Below, one piece after another: positions 1 through 11,187 of a DNA stretch of 64,000 nt. The stretch's first letter is position 1. Every line of letters starts with the position of its first letter. The translations under genes and the position numbers were made by a program. The stretch spans positions 1,984,001-2,048,000 of the forward strand of contig JBHGNT010000014.1 in assembly GCA_043228905.1 (NCBI GenBank). Direction: 5' to 3'. The notes beneath the pieces were generated by a model. It had not been told where the DNA came from. It made no database searches and saw nothing but the letters and a program-made list of their open reading frames with translations. This DNA comes from Azolla caroliniana. Taxonomy: Eukaryota > Plantae > Polypodiophyta.

Positions 1-200
1 ACCAATGTTTGAGTTAATATAGTGTGTTGATTTTGAAGGTATTTTTACTTGGTGCCAACCCATATGTATATACATATTTGTTTATGATTGGAAAAATAAA
101 TTGAATAATGTTCTATGAACCTAAGGTAACTACACTAGGTATTGAAATTAACAACTCTATGATTATGTACCACCACTTCATTTTATACCCACTCTAGGTT

Positions 201-3200
201 TTAGTGTTGACCAACGCCAGTAGCCAAACCAAAGCCATAGGGAAAGAGTGCATCATAATTTTCATCACCCACGTTCATAGGCAACTGATCCACACTCTTG
301 AACCAAGTTCGAGGAGATTTCCCTTGGAAATCGTAGTCTCCAAATAACACGTCGACAACCCCTTGTCCCTCTGTCCCAGGCAACCAAGCAGCCACTAGGG
401 CATTCATCACCTCCAAATATGGTTGAACTACCAAGGGTCTTCCTGAGATCAATACTACAACACATGGAACCTTGCCACACACATTTTGAATCGTATTAAT
501 CCCGTCTTGAGGGAGAGTCAAGTTGGTGTTGTCCCCATTGTACTCTGCATAGGTTACCTCCCCCACAATCACTATTGCATATGATATGGAGGTGGCATTA
601 ATGCTTGCCACGAAACCAGAGTCTGGAGATGCTTCGTACACCACTTGTGTGGATGGGCTCACAGAATTCTTGATACCCTCTAGAATAGTTGTACCTAACC
701 AAATCCAAATGACATGAAGTTTAGCACATGAATAACCGATGAAATGTACATATCAATGCCAATTTGATGTAAATATATTATGTTTAATCTCATGCCAACC
801 CGATTCAAATATCTTATGCTTAATCATATCCCAATAATGACGTAATTAATCTCGATAAAAATATGCAATTATTTGTATTATAGAATTGTTTTAACTATTT
901 AAATATTTACAATCAAATATTAATGCCAAGATGATGTAAATATATTGAGTAGTTTCCCATTACCAATTGTTGTACTTCCACTACTTCCTTGCCAACTTAT
1001 GGTCCACCCTCCACATTGCAAACCTATATCATCTGCATGAGTGCCAACCACAAGAACCTTTGGGGCAACCTTGCTTAAAGGCAACATAGGGTTGCCTTCA
1101 AAGTTCAAGCCATTCTTCAAGAGAACCAATGATTTCCTCACTGCTTCCCTTGCTATGTCCCTGTGCTCTGGACTTCCCACCATGCTCAATAAGCTTCTGT
1201 CTGACATGGGTTTCTCGAAAAGACCTGCGGCAAACTTCACACGAAGTATCCGGCGCACCGCATCATCGATCCGACTTTGGTTGATTTGGCCAGTGCTCAC
1301 TTGGCTAGTGACAAGGTTGATGAATTCTTGATAGTTATATGGAACCATGATCTTTATCATAAACCAAAGGAGAATAAAAAAACTCATAGATTTATTGTGA
1401 GATCATTATATAGTATACCTCACACTTGAAATTTGTTATCATTCTTGAACCCATTAGATATTTGATATTGACATCATCGTATTATGAAGCTCTTGTTTCA
1501 ACATCATACTAGCCAACTATGAGGCTCATAATTAATTTTCAAAATGATATGGCACACTTACCATGTCCAAACCGGCATTAATTGCCACATTCACGCTATA
1601 ACTGTAGTTTGCATGCGGTGGACTTGTTATCCGATCTAAAGCTTCCCAATCCGATATGGTGAAACCCTATCCATTCACAAACAACATACTTTGGTCAAAA
1701 TGTACTTGGCTCACCTCCATATATGACAACTACAGTACTAAAAAATATTGAAACACAATAAGGCTATTTGAATTTACCTGGAAACCCATTTGCTCCTTTA
1801 ACACCGTGGTTATCAAGTACTCATTAGCACTCATCTTTATGCCGTTCCAACTAGAGTAGGAAATCATGACTGTGGAGACGCTGTTGGCAATTGCGGCATA
1901 GTAAGGAGCAATGTGGATATTTTGGAGCTCTTCATAAGATACCATTGTATTATTCTCATCAATGCCTTTGGTTGTACCCCCATCACCCGCATAATGCTTA
2001 GCACAAGATGCAACATTTGATCTGAGAAAAAAAGTCACACGTACATGATGATAAATTACATACAATTGTCATAGTGTATTTAATATAGTTACATGGAAAT
2101 GGCTCGTTTTTCTATTACTCTTATAGGTATTTGCTTAATATTTTTTATACTAGATTATTCATGACCATTAATGCACTCATGCATAAACACTATTGCCCAA
2201 TTATATCGTAAATAGTTTAATGTTCTACTAAATTACCCTCCTCCCACATATGGGGTACCCATTGGGTAGCCTTCAGGTGGAATGCCTTGAAGCCCGAGGA
2301 TGATTTGGGTCATTTCTTTCACAAGTTGAGGATTTTCACTATAACTCTCATAGCAACGCCCCCACCTTGGGTCACGACATACCTGACCAAAATTATAAGT
2401 CTAAGCATTGAATGTACAAAAAACAAATACAACTGCAAATTAATATATTAGATAGACGCGGGCATTGACATAGGTCATTAGTGTACACACATGGAACAAG
2501 TTTCTCAAGGATTAGTGCCACATTGTCTTATTAAAGAGTACTTACTGCAATACAAGGCGCGAATGTGTAAGGTATTCCGGTTCCCCGAACTTCCAAGGCT
2601 GTTGCGGCACCGATCCTTTGGACCAAATCTGGATCTCTAGTATATAATAAATCGACAAAAACCAAGAGATGAGAAAGACTAAACATGGCATGCATCGAGG
2701 CTCATATGATGCAACTTATGTGAAAAATGCGTCTTTGATAAAATTTATTACCATACTACATAATTGGACGTTGCAGTATGTAATACCTTGTCGCTCCTAA
2801 CCCGATGTTATGTGGAAAGATGGTGGCTCCGTAAACGTTATTATGTCCATGTACGGCATCGACCCCGTAAATCATAGGAATACCAAGGCGAGTGGACAAA
2901 GCCAAAGTTTGAAAGCCATCAACCATGTCTGCCCATGCACTCGCCGACGCTTGGGGTCCAGGGGCACCCCCTCCCGCACTCAAAACGCTACCTAACACAA
3001 TGAAATATTGGATTAGATGCCGACATCTTCAAGCAATCCATAAGGCAAATTTGGTCACTACATAGAGATTGGATGTTTAGACATTGGTTTGACACATGAG
3101 GGGGTTGCCTTACCACATTGCTATACACATATTCTTTCTTGCATAAATATATGTACATCAAGTATGCATATGTACAATACATATATACATTACACATGCA

Positions 3201-3622
3201 TGCATTACACTAATTTACATTACATACATACATACATACAATACATATATACATTACACATGCATGCATTACACTACACTACATTACATTACATATCATA
3301 CATATACATGGAGAATGTCTAAAGTGATGAATTATGTACCGATGAAGAAATTCTTGATGGCGGCCGCGTTTGCGACGGTCCGATCGATCTGTGTCATTTG
3401 CCCGATCTTCTCGGCGAGGGTCATGCGGGCGAGGAGATCGTCGACACGGGATTCGAGGGGTTGGGAGGGGTCCTTATACACGGGGGACGGGGTCTGCGAG
3501 GAGGAGTTGGTGCTACGGAGGAGGACGACGGGGTTGGCCGTGGAGGTGGTCATCCCCATGACCAAGAAGAAGAAGAAGAAGAAGAAGAAGGAGACATTAG
3601 GGTTGGATATAGAGGAAGCCAT
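201..3622 (-). CDS. Glycoside hydrolase family 3 beta-glucosidase / beta-D-glucan exohydrolase, 8 exons, about 651 aa, with N-terminal signal peptide
   Basis: Exons 3622-3340, 2991-2787, 2636-2546, 2382-2237, 2021-1778, 1666-1562, 1351-964, 694-201 join in frame over GT-AG introns (1956 nt). GH3 motifs: [50 protein letters not shown] (nucleophile Asp), [26 protein letters not shown]. Confidence 0.95.
3120..3310. repeat. Degenerate (TACA)n microsatellite in GH3 intron 1
   Basis: Repeated tacatacata/cattaca units. Confidence 0.8.
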
Positions 3623-3730
3623 GGCTTCTCTCTCTCTCTCTCTTTCTCTTGTGTGTGTGTGTGTGTGTGTGTGTATCCAAGAAGAAGAAGAAGAAGAAAG
3701 AAGATGAAGATGAAGAAGAAGAAGAAGAGA
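3565..3730. repeat. (AAG)n, (TC)n and (TG)n microsatellites in the GH3 signal-peptide region and 5'UTR
   Basis: Seen directly; the AAG run encodes poly-Phe of the signal peptide on the minus strand. Confidence 0.9.
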
Positions 3731-3764
3731 TTTTTCGTTTGTTTTTAGGGGGAGGGGAACCCTT

Positions 3765-3946
3765 TGACGTGAGAGGGACGCGCGGCTGACGTGGCGCGCG
3801 CTCGTTGGCCGCCCCCGGATCTTATTCTCCGTACCGTCTGACGTGGCGGGCTGAATTTTATCTCTGAGTTTTGGCTTTTCGTTCAGTACGCAGGCTGACG
3901 TGGCGGCCACGCGGACCCGCCGGATGACGTGGCGCTTCCTCATTGG
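3765..3946 (-). promoter_or_regulatory. GC-rich GH3 promoter with clustered ACGT-core (GCCACGTCA, bZIP hex/ABRE-type) elements and a CCAAT box
   Basis: TGACGTGGC at 3787, 3839, 3896 and 3925, TGACGTGA at 3765, ATTGG at about 3942; all 150-320 bp upstream of the ATG. Confidence 0.6.
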
Positions 3947-6689
3947 CCCGCCCCTCATAATCAATCAATCATTCCATCCATCCAACCGCCGCTAATTTTG
4001 TCCATTTATTTTTGATTCGCTTTTTGGAGCACAAATCGAAGAATTAAAAATAGATCTAACTAATGGAACGAGTTTTGTTTTTGGAAAAATAAAAAATAAA
4101 AAAATAAAAAAGAATAAATATAAAGGCAAATAAAAAAAAGACACACATACACAAATTCTTTATTTTTCCTATTTGTTTATTTATTTTAGGACAAAAGAAA
4201 AGGAGATCTCAAATCGTTTATTTATTTAGAAACAAAATTGTTTATTTAATTTATTTATTTACGAAAAACACTTCAGCCAGGATTAGAGAGAGACATACTC
4301 TCTCTTTTTTACTAAATAAACAAATAGAATAAACACATACTTTATTTATTTATTTTTTGGACAAAAAAGGGGTCTCTCTCGTATTTTTCTAGCCTTTTTT
4401 CGCCCACACACACAAATGTATGTCCCTTTCCGAATTGTGTCAAGCAACAATACATTCGGAAAAAACAAGAAGTGATCCCCGAAATGGATCCCGTGGAGAC
4501 AATCCCCGAAATGGATCCATCTAAGTTTCCGTCCGACCATTCCGATCCATTATCTCTTGACACCTTACATGTTTCGTAACACCTCTTGTAGAATAGGATG
4601 TTTGAGGCATTTCGTCGGTAGGCTTCACACTTATACCCAGCTAAGTTTCTGTCCGGCAGTTCCGATCCATTATCTCTTGACACCTTACACGTTTTGTAAC
4701 ACCGAGGCCCTCTTGACGATTTCTCTATACCCTTAGTATCATGACTCCCAATCCAATCTTCCCTATTATGTCACATGTGGTGATTCACCCTCGCTCGAAG
4801 TCTTTATGATCGGGCAACTCTCAACTACCATGGCCCCATTTCTAGGACCCCATTTACCTTACCTATGTTTCGCTAAATAGCTCACTCTACATTCAGAAGG
4901 ATGTATAGCATTTGAAGTTGCACCCTATATTTAGAAGACATGTGCATACAACTTTATTGTAACTTTGCACATGCATACTACAATGCAATGTATGTGTTTC
5001 AACCTCTCACTTTCCTCTAAATGAAATGAGCACTAGTGTTACGTGCATAACCATAACTGATTATGAGATATGTTTGCCGTAGGCTTCCCTAGTTTTATGT
5101 GCGGGTTAATTCTAAAAGGAATGAGGGTATGAATTGTAATATTCAATTCTACATGGTATGATAATTATTAAGTGTGTTATCACTTGACCACCTCACCTAA
5201 AGTATTCAAATGTGAACACAATAGGGCCTAGGGTTTCTTCATATATAAGAAGGCTAGCTACCTTCTTATCAAGGGAGGCTCAGTGCATGTTGAGACTATG
5301 ACAATGTGGACATGTGCCTTTTTAGGTTCATCTCACATCATTGTTAGGTGGTTTGGCACCCCTCTTTCCTTTCTTTGATCTATAATTCCCTATGTTTTGC
5401 TTAATTTATTTGTTAGACTCTAATAGTTGGTATCATAGGATACTAATCTTTTTGTGATCCTTGGAGCATGAAACAAGGCAAAACCTCTCGATTTGGGAAC
5501 AAGTGGAGCAGAAACTTAGGTATTTATATAAAAAAAATCTTTTGTTCTTTCTCATTGTATGTTTTGTTTAATTATGTGATGTAATTCTATGGGTGTAATA
5601 TGTGGGTTCAAGTGCTCAAAATATATTCATTGTGTATTATGTGCGATCATCTATATGTTCAATGTGTGGTACATTTCACCATAGTAACATGATGTAATCT
5701 TTTGTCGTCAGAAAATGGCATCACAGTGAAATGTCACCATGTGAGACACAATTTTAGTATCTTGTTGTGATAATATGTGAATTTTTCATGTGCTAGGGCA
5801 GGCAATTGCTTGTTCCCTAACAACTTCAACATGGCAAGTGACGGTCTCAACATGGCTGCAACTATGTCGAGAGGGTGTTGCACTATCCATGTTGTCATGC
5901 ATGCAACAACTACGATACCAACTTAGAACGTGGGGATCTTTTTGACACCATCTTCGAACAATGGTGTGGGCCACGCTACAACACCATAATGTCAGGAGGC
6001 TTTATAGCGCTGCCAGAACCAACATGGCGGGTTGCTACATCGTTGCCCCAATTTCTATTCCTTTGTATTGACTTAGCCAATCCAAAGAAGATGAGATTGA
6101 TCCTCAACTAAAGGATTACTTAACAATGGAACACATTCGTTAGAATATGACACTCTCAAATGCGTTACTTATATTAGATGTGAAATATGATGAACGTTGG
6201 AGACTATGTATCACCTATTGTAATTTGAATTAAGTTTTGTCCTACCATCAAATTAGAAATTTATGGAAATGATGTTTTAACACTGGTAACTTAGTTTGGG
6301 TATTTGATTATTGAGGGCTACGAATTGGTCTTTCTCAGAAAGAGAATTTGAAATCATTGTCTATCCCTTGTCATGTCCAAAACTTTGACCATTTATTAGT
6401 TATGTCAAATTATTGTAGAAATCTATTTTCAATAAGTCACAATTGACGACGCCTTTTGGTAACATCCTAGAAGTCAAATGTGCAACTCAACAAGGCTTAA
6501 TGTGTAACAATATCCTTCATCTAAATTACTTTATTCATTTGTGAGTAGGAAATTTTCTTCTACTCAATATCAGTTCATAGTTCATGAACATAACTATTTG
6601 AGATTTAGAATGCACAAGGAAATTGTGAGCTCCTACCTGTCATGAAGACATACAGTTGGCCTTATAATTGTAATGTCATGAAGATATAC

Positions 6690-7705
6690 ATTTTGGGCTT
6701 ATTGTAATGTCATGAAGACATACATTTTGGCAAGAAAGTCATCTTGAAATCCAATTGATCAAGCTCTAGGTCTTTTTTCGCCATGACCCCAAGTAGGAGC
6801 CGAAGGGTGGTCATCTTGACTACTGGTGAGAATATTTGGTCGTAGTCAACCCCATATTCTTGTTTGAAACCTTTGGCGACGAATCGAGCTTTGTATTTGG
6901 GTGTCTCTGAGTCAGATACATATTTGTATCTAAAGACCCATTTGTAGGGTTGCGGCTTCCTTTTGGCTGGTAGTTCGACCAACTCTCATGTGTGATTTTG
7001 ATGAATCGAGTCCATCTCGTATTTCATGGTTTGTAGCCATGTGTTGGCATCCGGTGCAGCTATAGCTTCTTTGTATGTGCTCGGTTAGCATGAATCGGTA
7101 TAGTTGAGCAAGTCGAGGCCCAGTTGATAGAACTCTGCTGGCCTTTGAACTCGTCCGGATCTCCTGGGTGCCGTTTTAGTCGGTTCGATGTCTTCAGTCA
7201 GCTTGGTTGGACGATCGGCATTTCTGAACCACTTACTTCAGGAATCCTCTAGGATGACTCGCCCCTATAGTAGGATTTCGGTGATGTTATGTCATCCTCC
7301 CCTATCTAGGATCGATTGACTTGGAGATGGGTGACTTAGCCGACTCGTGTCAGCTTTTCCCCTTAGCCTTTGTGGGTTGATCGGTCGAATTAACTTTGTC
7401 ATTTTTGAGTCTACCTTGGTTGGCCTATGTCGATGTTTTAGTTGAATTAGTTTCTACAAGTGGACCTCTTGCCGATTCGGAGTCAACAGATGTGTTGTCG
7501 GTTTGGTTGATTTTGACTATTTGTCGAATCTCCGATCCGGCCCTATGTGTCAGTCCTTCTACGATGCTTTTGTCGGTGTTGAAGGAGACCGTTTTGCTGA
7601 CTATTTTCTATTGGTTCCGCTCAGAGGGAATCAAGTCTTCATTGAGGACTACGTCACTACTTCGGATCAATTTCCGGTTCTCTAGGTCCCATAGCCCATA
7701 GCCGA
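6690..7705 (-). mobile_element. Degraded Ty1/copia integrase C-terminus to RT fragment
   Basis: ORF 6710-6982 KWVFRYK...YKARFVAKGFKQEYGVDYDQIFSPVVKMTTLRLLL; upstream EPSTYKEAI-like sequence with stops and frameshifts. Confidence 0.85.
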
Positions 7706-7769
7706 AATGAATATAGAAGATGACGAGCTTGAATATCTAGAAGAGACTCTGGAATCGTTTCGGTTGAGC

Positions 7770-10413
7770 GGGAATATCTATATGATCCAAACTCCCGATT
7801 TTCAGTCGGAGATGAACAAGTCGGCGGTGTGCCGGCTTAAGAAGTCGCTTTACGGTCTGAAACAAGCCCCTCGAGCTTGGAATGCGAAGATTACGCACCG
7901 GTTGCGTAAGCTGGGGTTTGTGACCTCTAAATCCGACTCATCGTTGTTCATTCGGCAAGGTCCGGACGGTCCAGTTTGCATCCTACTTTATGTTGATGAT
8001 TTAGTCATCACCAGACCCGGACTCAATGAAATCGCCTGAGTAAAGTCCCAGCTATCAGATGCATTTGAAATGAAGGACCTGGGGGACCTTCATTATTTTC
8101 TTGGGATCGAGGTGATCTGAACCCCCAACAACATATTGCTCTCACAACGACACTATGTGTTGAATATGTTGTACAAGTTCGGCATGAGGGAATGTTGACC
8201 TGTCTCCACACCCCTGGACCGGAACCAGAAGTTTCGTCCCAACTTTGGACCAGCCTGCGATGAGAAACGGTTCCAAAAAATTGTTGGAAGCCTCATATAC
8301 CTGAGGATCACTTGACCCGACCTCAGCCACTTCATGCAAAAGCCGACCGTCGAGCACCTTCAATGCGCACACCAGATACTTAGGTATGTTAGCGGCACGA
8401 AGGATCGGGGACTGTTATACTGACACGGTATAGCTAGGAAGCCAGTCGGATATACCGATGCCGACTAGGCTGGTGATGCATCGGATCGCCGATCCACCTC
8501 CAGTTACATGTTTTCTCTAGGTAGAGCGGATGTTGCGTGGAGTAGCAAGAAGCAGCCAACAGTGGCTCTATCAAGCCCTAAGGCTGAATACCGGGGCGCT
8601 ACCAATGCCACCTGTTAAGCCATCTGGCTTCGACGATTGCTGCAAGACCTGCGGATTGAGGTACCGACCTTGATCATGATCTACTGTGACAACATGAGCA
8701 ACATTCAGCTCGCCAAGAACCCCATGTTCTATGCTGGAACGAAGCACATAGAAGTGCATTATGACTTTGTTCACAAGCGGGTTTTGAGTGGTTAAGTTGA
8801 ACTTTAGTATGTTCAGACGGATCGGCAAGTTGCCGATATCCTCACCAAACCGCTCGGATCGAACAAGTTGCAACACTTTACCGAAATGCTTGGTGTTCAG
8901 CATCTCAACGTGCCGCACTTGAGGTGTCAAGATTCGACTCTTGACATGACCATGTTATAATCGAGTGTTATGTGTTAACCACACATCTAGCATATAATCA
9001 TGTATATACTTCCTCATTGTCGGTTTTAGCTAACATCATGTGCATAATTTCTCCCTTGTATTATTAACACTTGGCACATGCATGCGTACCTACTGCCTAC
9101 ATGCTCTATTGTATCACATGCATGCAACAAGTATGCATGCCACTTAGTATAAATAGTTGAGTTCACCTTGAAGGAATTCAAGGTGAACAACGCCAGTGAT
9201 GGACATATCAATCTAGTATTCTCATTTTGCCCAATCTTGTCTCCTTAATCTTCATCTCTATCTTTATGCTCTTGTGTCATTCCGTCATTGCTCCGTCGTA
9301 GCCGCATCATTAGTGCTCCGTCGTAGTCCGCGCTTGGTGTGTTCGTGACATGAGGGGGAGAAAAGGAAAGGGAACGTATAGCACCGGACAAGGAGCCGGA
9401 GAGGAAGAAAGAACCAACAAAGGGGGAGACAAAGGGAAAAAGGAAGCCGAGTCGACAAAGGAAGTTGGCACATCCGAACAAGTCAGAACGAGCGGCAACG
9501 GCGGCAAAGTCAGGAAGGACAGAGCCAACCGGAAGGAGAAGGTCAAGACCCAGACATGGTTTGATATGGTGAAGGGCATGAAACCGGAAGACGAGTTGGA
9601 GAACACCGACTCGGACAAGAGCCGGAACGAATCGGGAGAGACCGATTCAGACAAGAGTTGGAACGAATCGAAGGAAACCGATTTGGTTCAAGATTCGGAG
9701 AAACCGGATCAACTAAAGGTCAGACGGACACGAACGTAGCGGAAGTCGACGCCAACACGAAGGAACTAATGGGTCGGCAAGCGCCGGAGTTGCAGCAGCA
9801 AGGGAGATGAAATGGGCCTGTTGAGCAGAAAAGCCGACCGAGGAGGTCGAGGTGCACAGAACCAGAAGGGTCGCGGCAAAAAAGATCAGTCCAGACAAGG
9901 AACGAGCAAGGAGGACCAACGCCAGAAGGAACCGAGTAGAAGAACCGGTTGCCACGGACATTAACACCACGATCCGACCTCAAGTTGAGCTTGAGGGGGA
10001 GTGTTGAGCGAGCAAGCTCAACCGGATCCGGATCGGCTGAATAAGCCTGAGCCGAATCGGTATCTGGAAACAACTGGCCGGATCGGAGAGCCGGATTCGA
10101 GCGGGAACCAGAAGCCTAGTAGTAGCCTATACTACTAGGTAATCATTGTCTCGTAGTTAGTGTCAGTCGCACGTAGGAATATTGAAGTACCTGTCAGTAC
10201 TTCTGTCAGTCCTTTATGGACTTGTATAAATAGTGTTGTTTAACACGTTGTATGTACAGAGTTTTTTGAATTGAGTTTATGTTCTGCTCTCTCTCAGTCT
10301 CCCATATGCGTATTCTCTGTGTGTTAAGCTACTCCATTAAACCTTCATCTTATTCTCTGTTGCTATCCGGCTGAGCCGGTTTTGTCTAACGCTTCCGCAC
10401 ATTAACATTCACA
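7770..10413 (+). mobile_element. 5'-truncated Ty1/copia (family A): RT-RNaseH, PPT and 3' LTR (10002-10413)
   Basis: [17 protein letters not shown] and LLYVDD motifs; PPT TTGAGGGGGAG before TGTTGAGCGAGC...ATTCACA, matching the LTRs at 39339, 52033 and 58175. Confidence 0.92.
8925..9350. mobile_element. Solo LTR (426 bp) inserted in copia-A RNaseH
   Basis: TGTCA...TGACA termini; 5-bp TSD TGAGG at 8920-8924 and 9351-9355; removing it restores sequence homologous to about 40230-40260 (minus). Confidence 0.9.
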
Positions 10414-11187
10414 GGGTTGATTTTCTTGTGCTCCTTTGATATAGCTCCAATATCCTTGACCGACAAGGTATTGGTGCATCTTGTAACACCGGGACATTTG
10501 AAACAGGTAATATGTCGCATTCTCTTTTTCACATCTTGAGGAGATGTTAAAATATGCCTTATTTTAGCAGAATTTCAAAAAGGTACCACGCATGCGTACA
10601 TGGTTCCTTAAAACATAGCAAAAATTTCAACTAAATAATTTTATGTCAAGAAAATCAATAGCCTTATATTTCATATGTCATGTTTTTTGTGAAATTCTAA
10701 ATTAACGGAATGGAATTATATGCAACTTTAATCATTTGAACCGTAATTGTGGCGAAGATAAAAATAGTTGCCCACGCCAAGAATCACATAGATGCTAATT
10801 TTATAATATAATCACATATAATACGTCAAACTTTAAAACTTAATAGTGTTATAACTCTAGAAGGTAGAAGTCAAAGATAAACATTTAATACCCTTAAAAT
10901 TATAGACTTAGTCAAATTATACATAAATCAAATACTAAAGATTATCCGCACACAACGTTTCTAGATGACCCATCTTTGCACTATTGATGGCCAAAATCAT
11001 CTATAAAAACCCTTGCAGACTTTCCAAAGAAAGGTTGAAGAACATGTAAAACATTAATACCATTCAAATTATACACTTTGCCAAATAAACTCAAACTTTA
11101 AGTTTTAACTGTGTTCAAATGAAACAATAGTCACAAGTCAATGTCTATCATTTAATATCGTTCAAATAATACACCTAACCATAGAAA

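Noticed and set aside
3623-3964. N-terminal extension of the 210-aa ORF
   Set aside because: It translates microsatellite and promoter DNA; the ATG at 3622 precedes a signal peptide.
4342-5460. Possible mobile element (short direct repeats at about 4540 and 4660, PBS-like TTGGTATCA at about 5427)
   Set aside because: No paired termini, TSD or recognisable coding sequence could be established.
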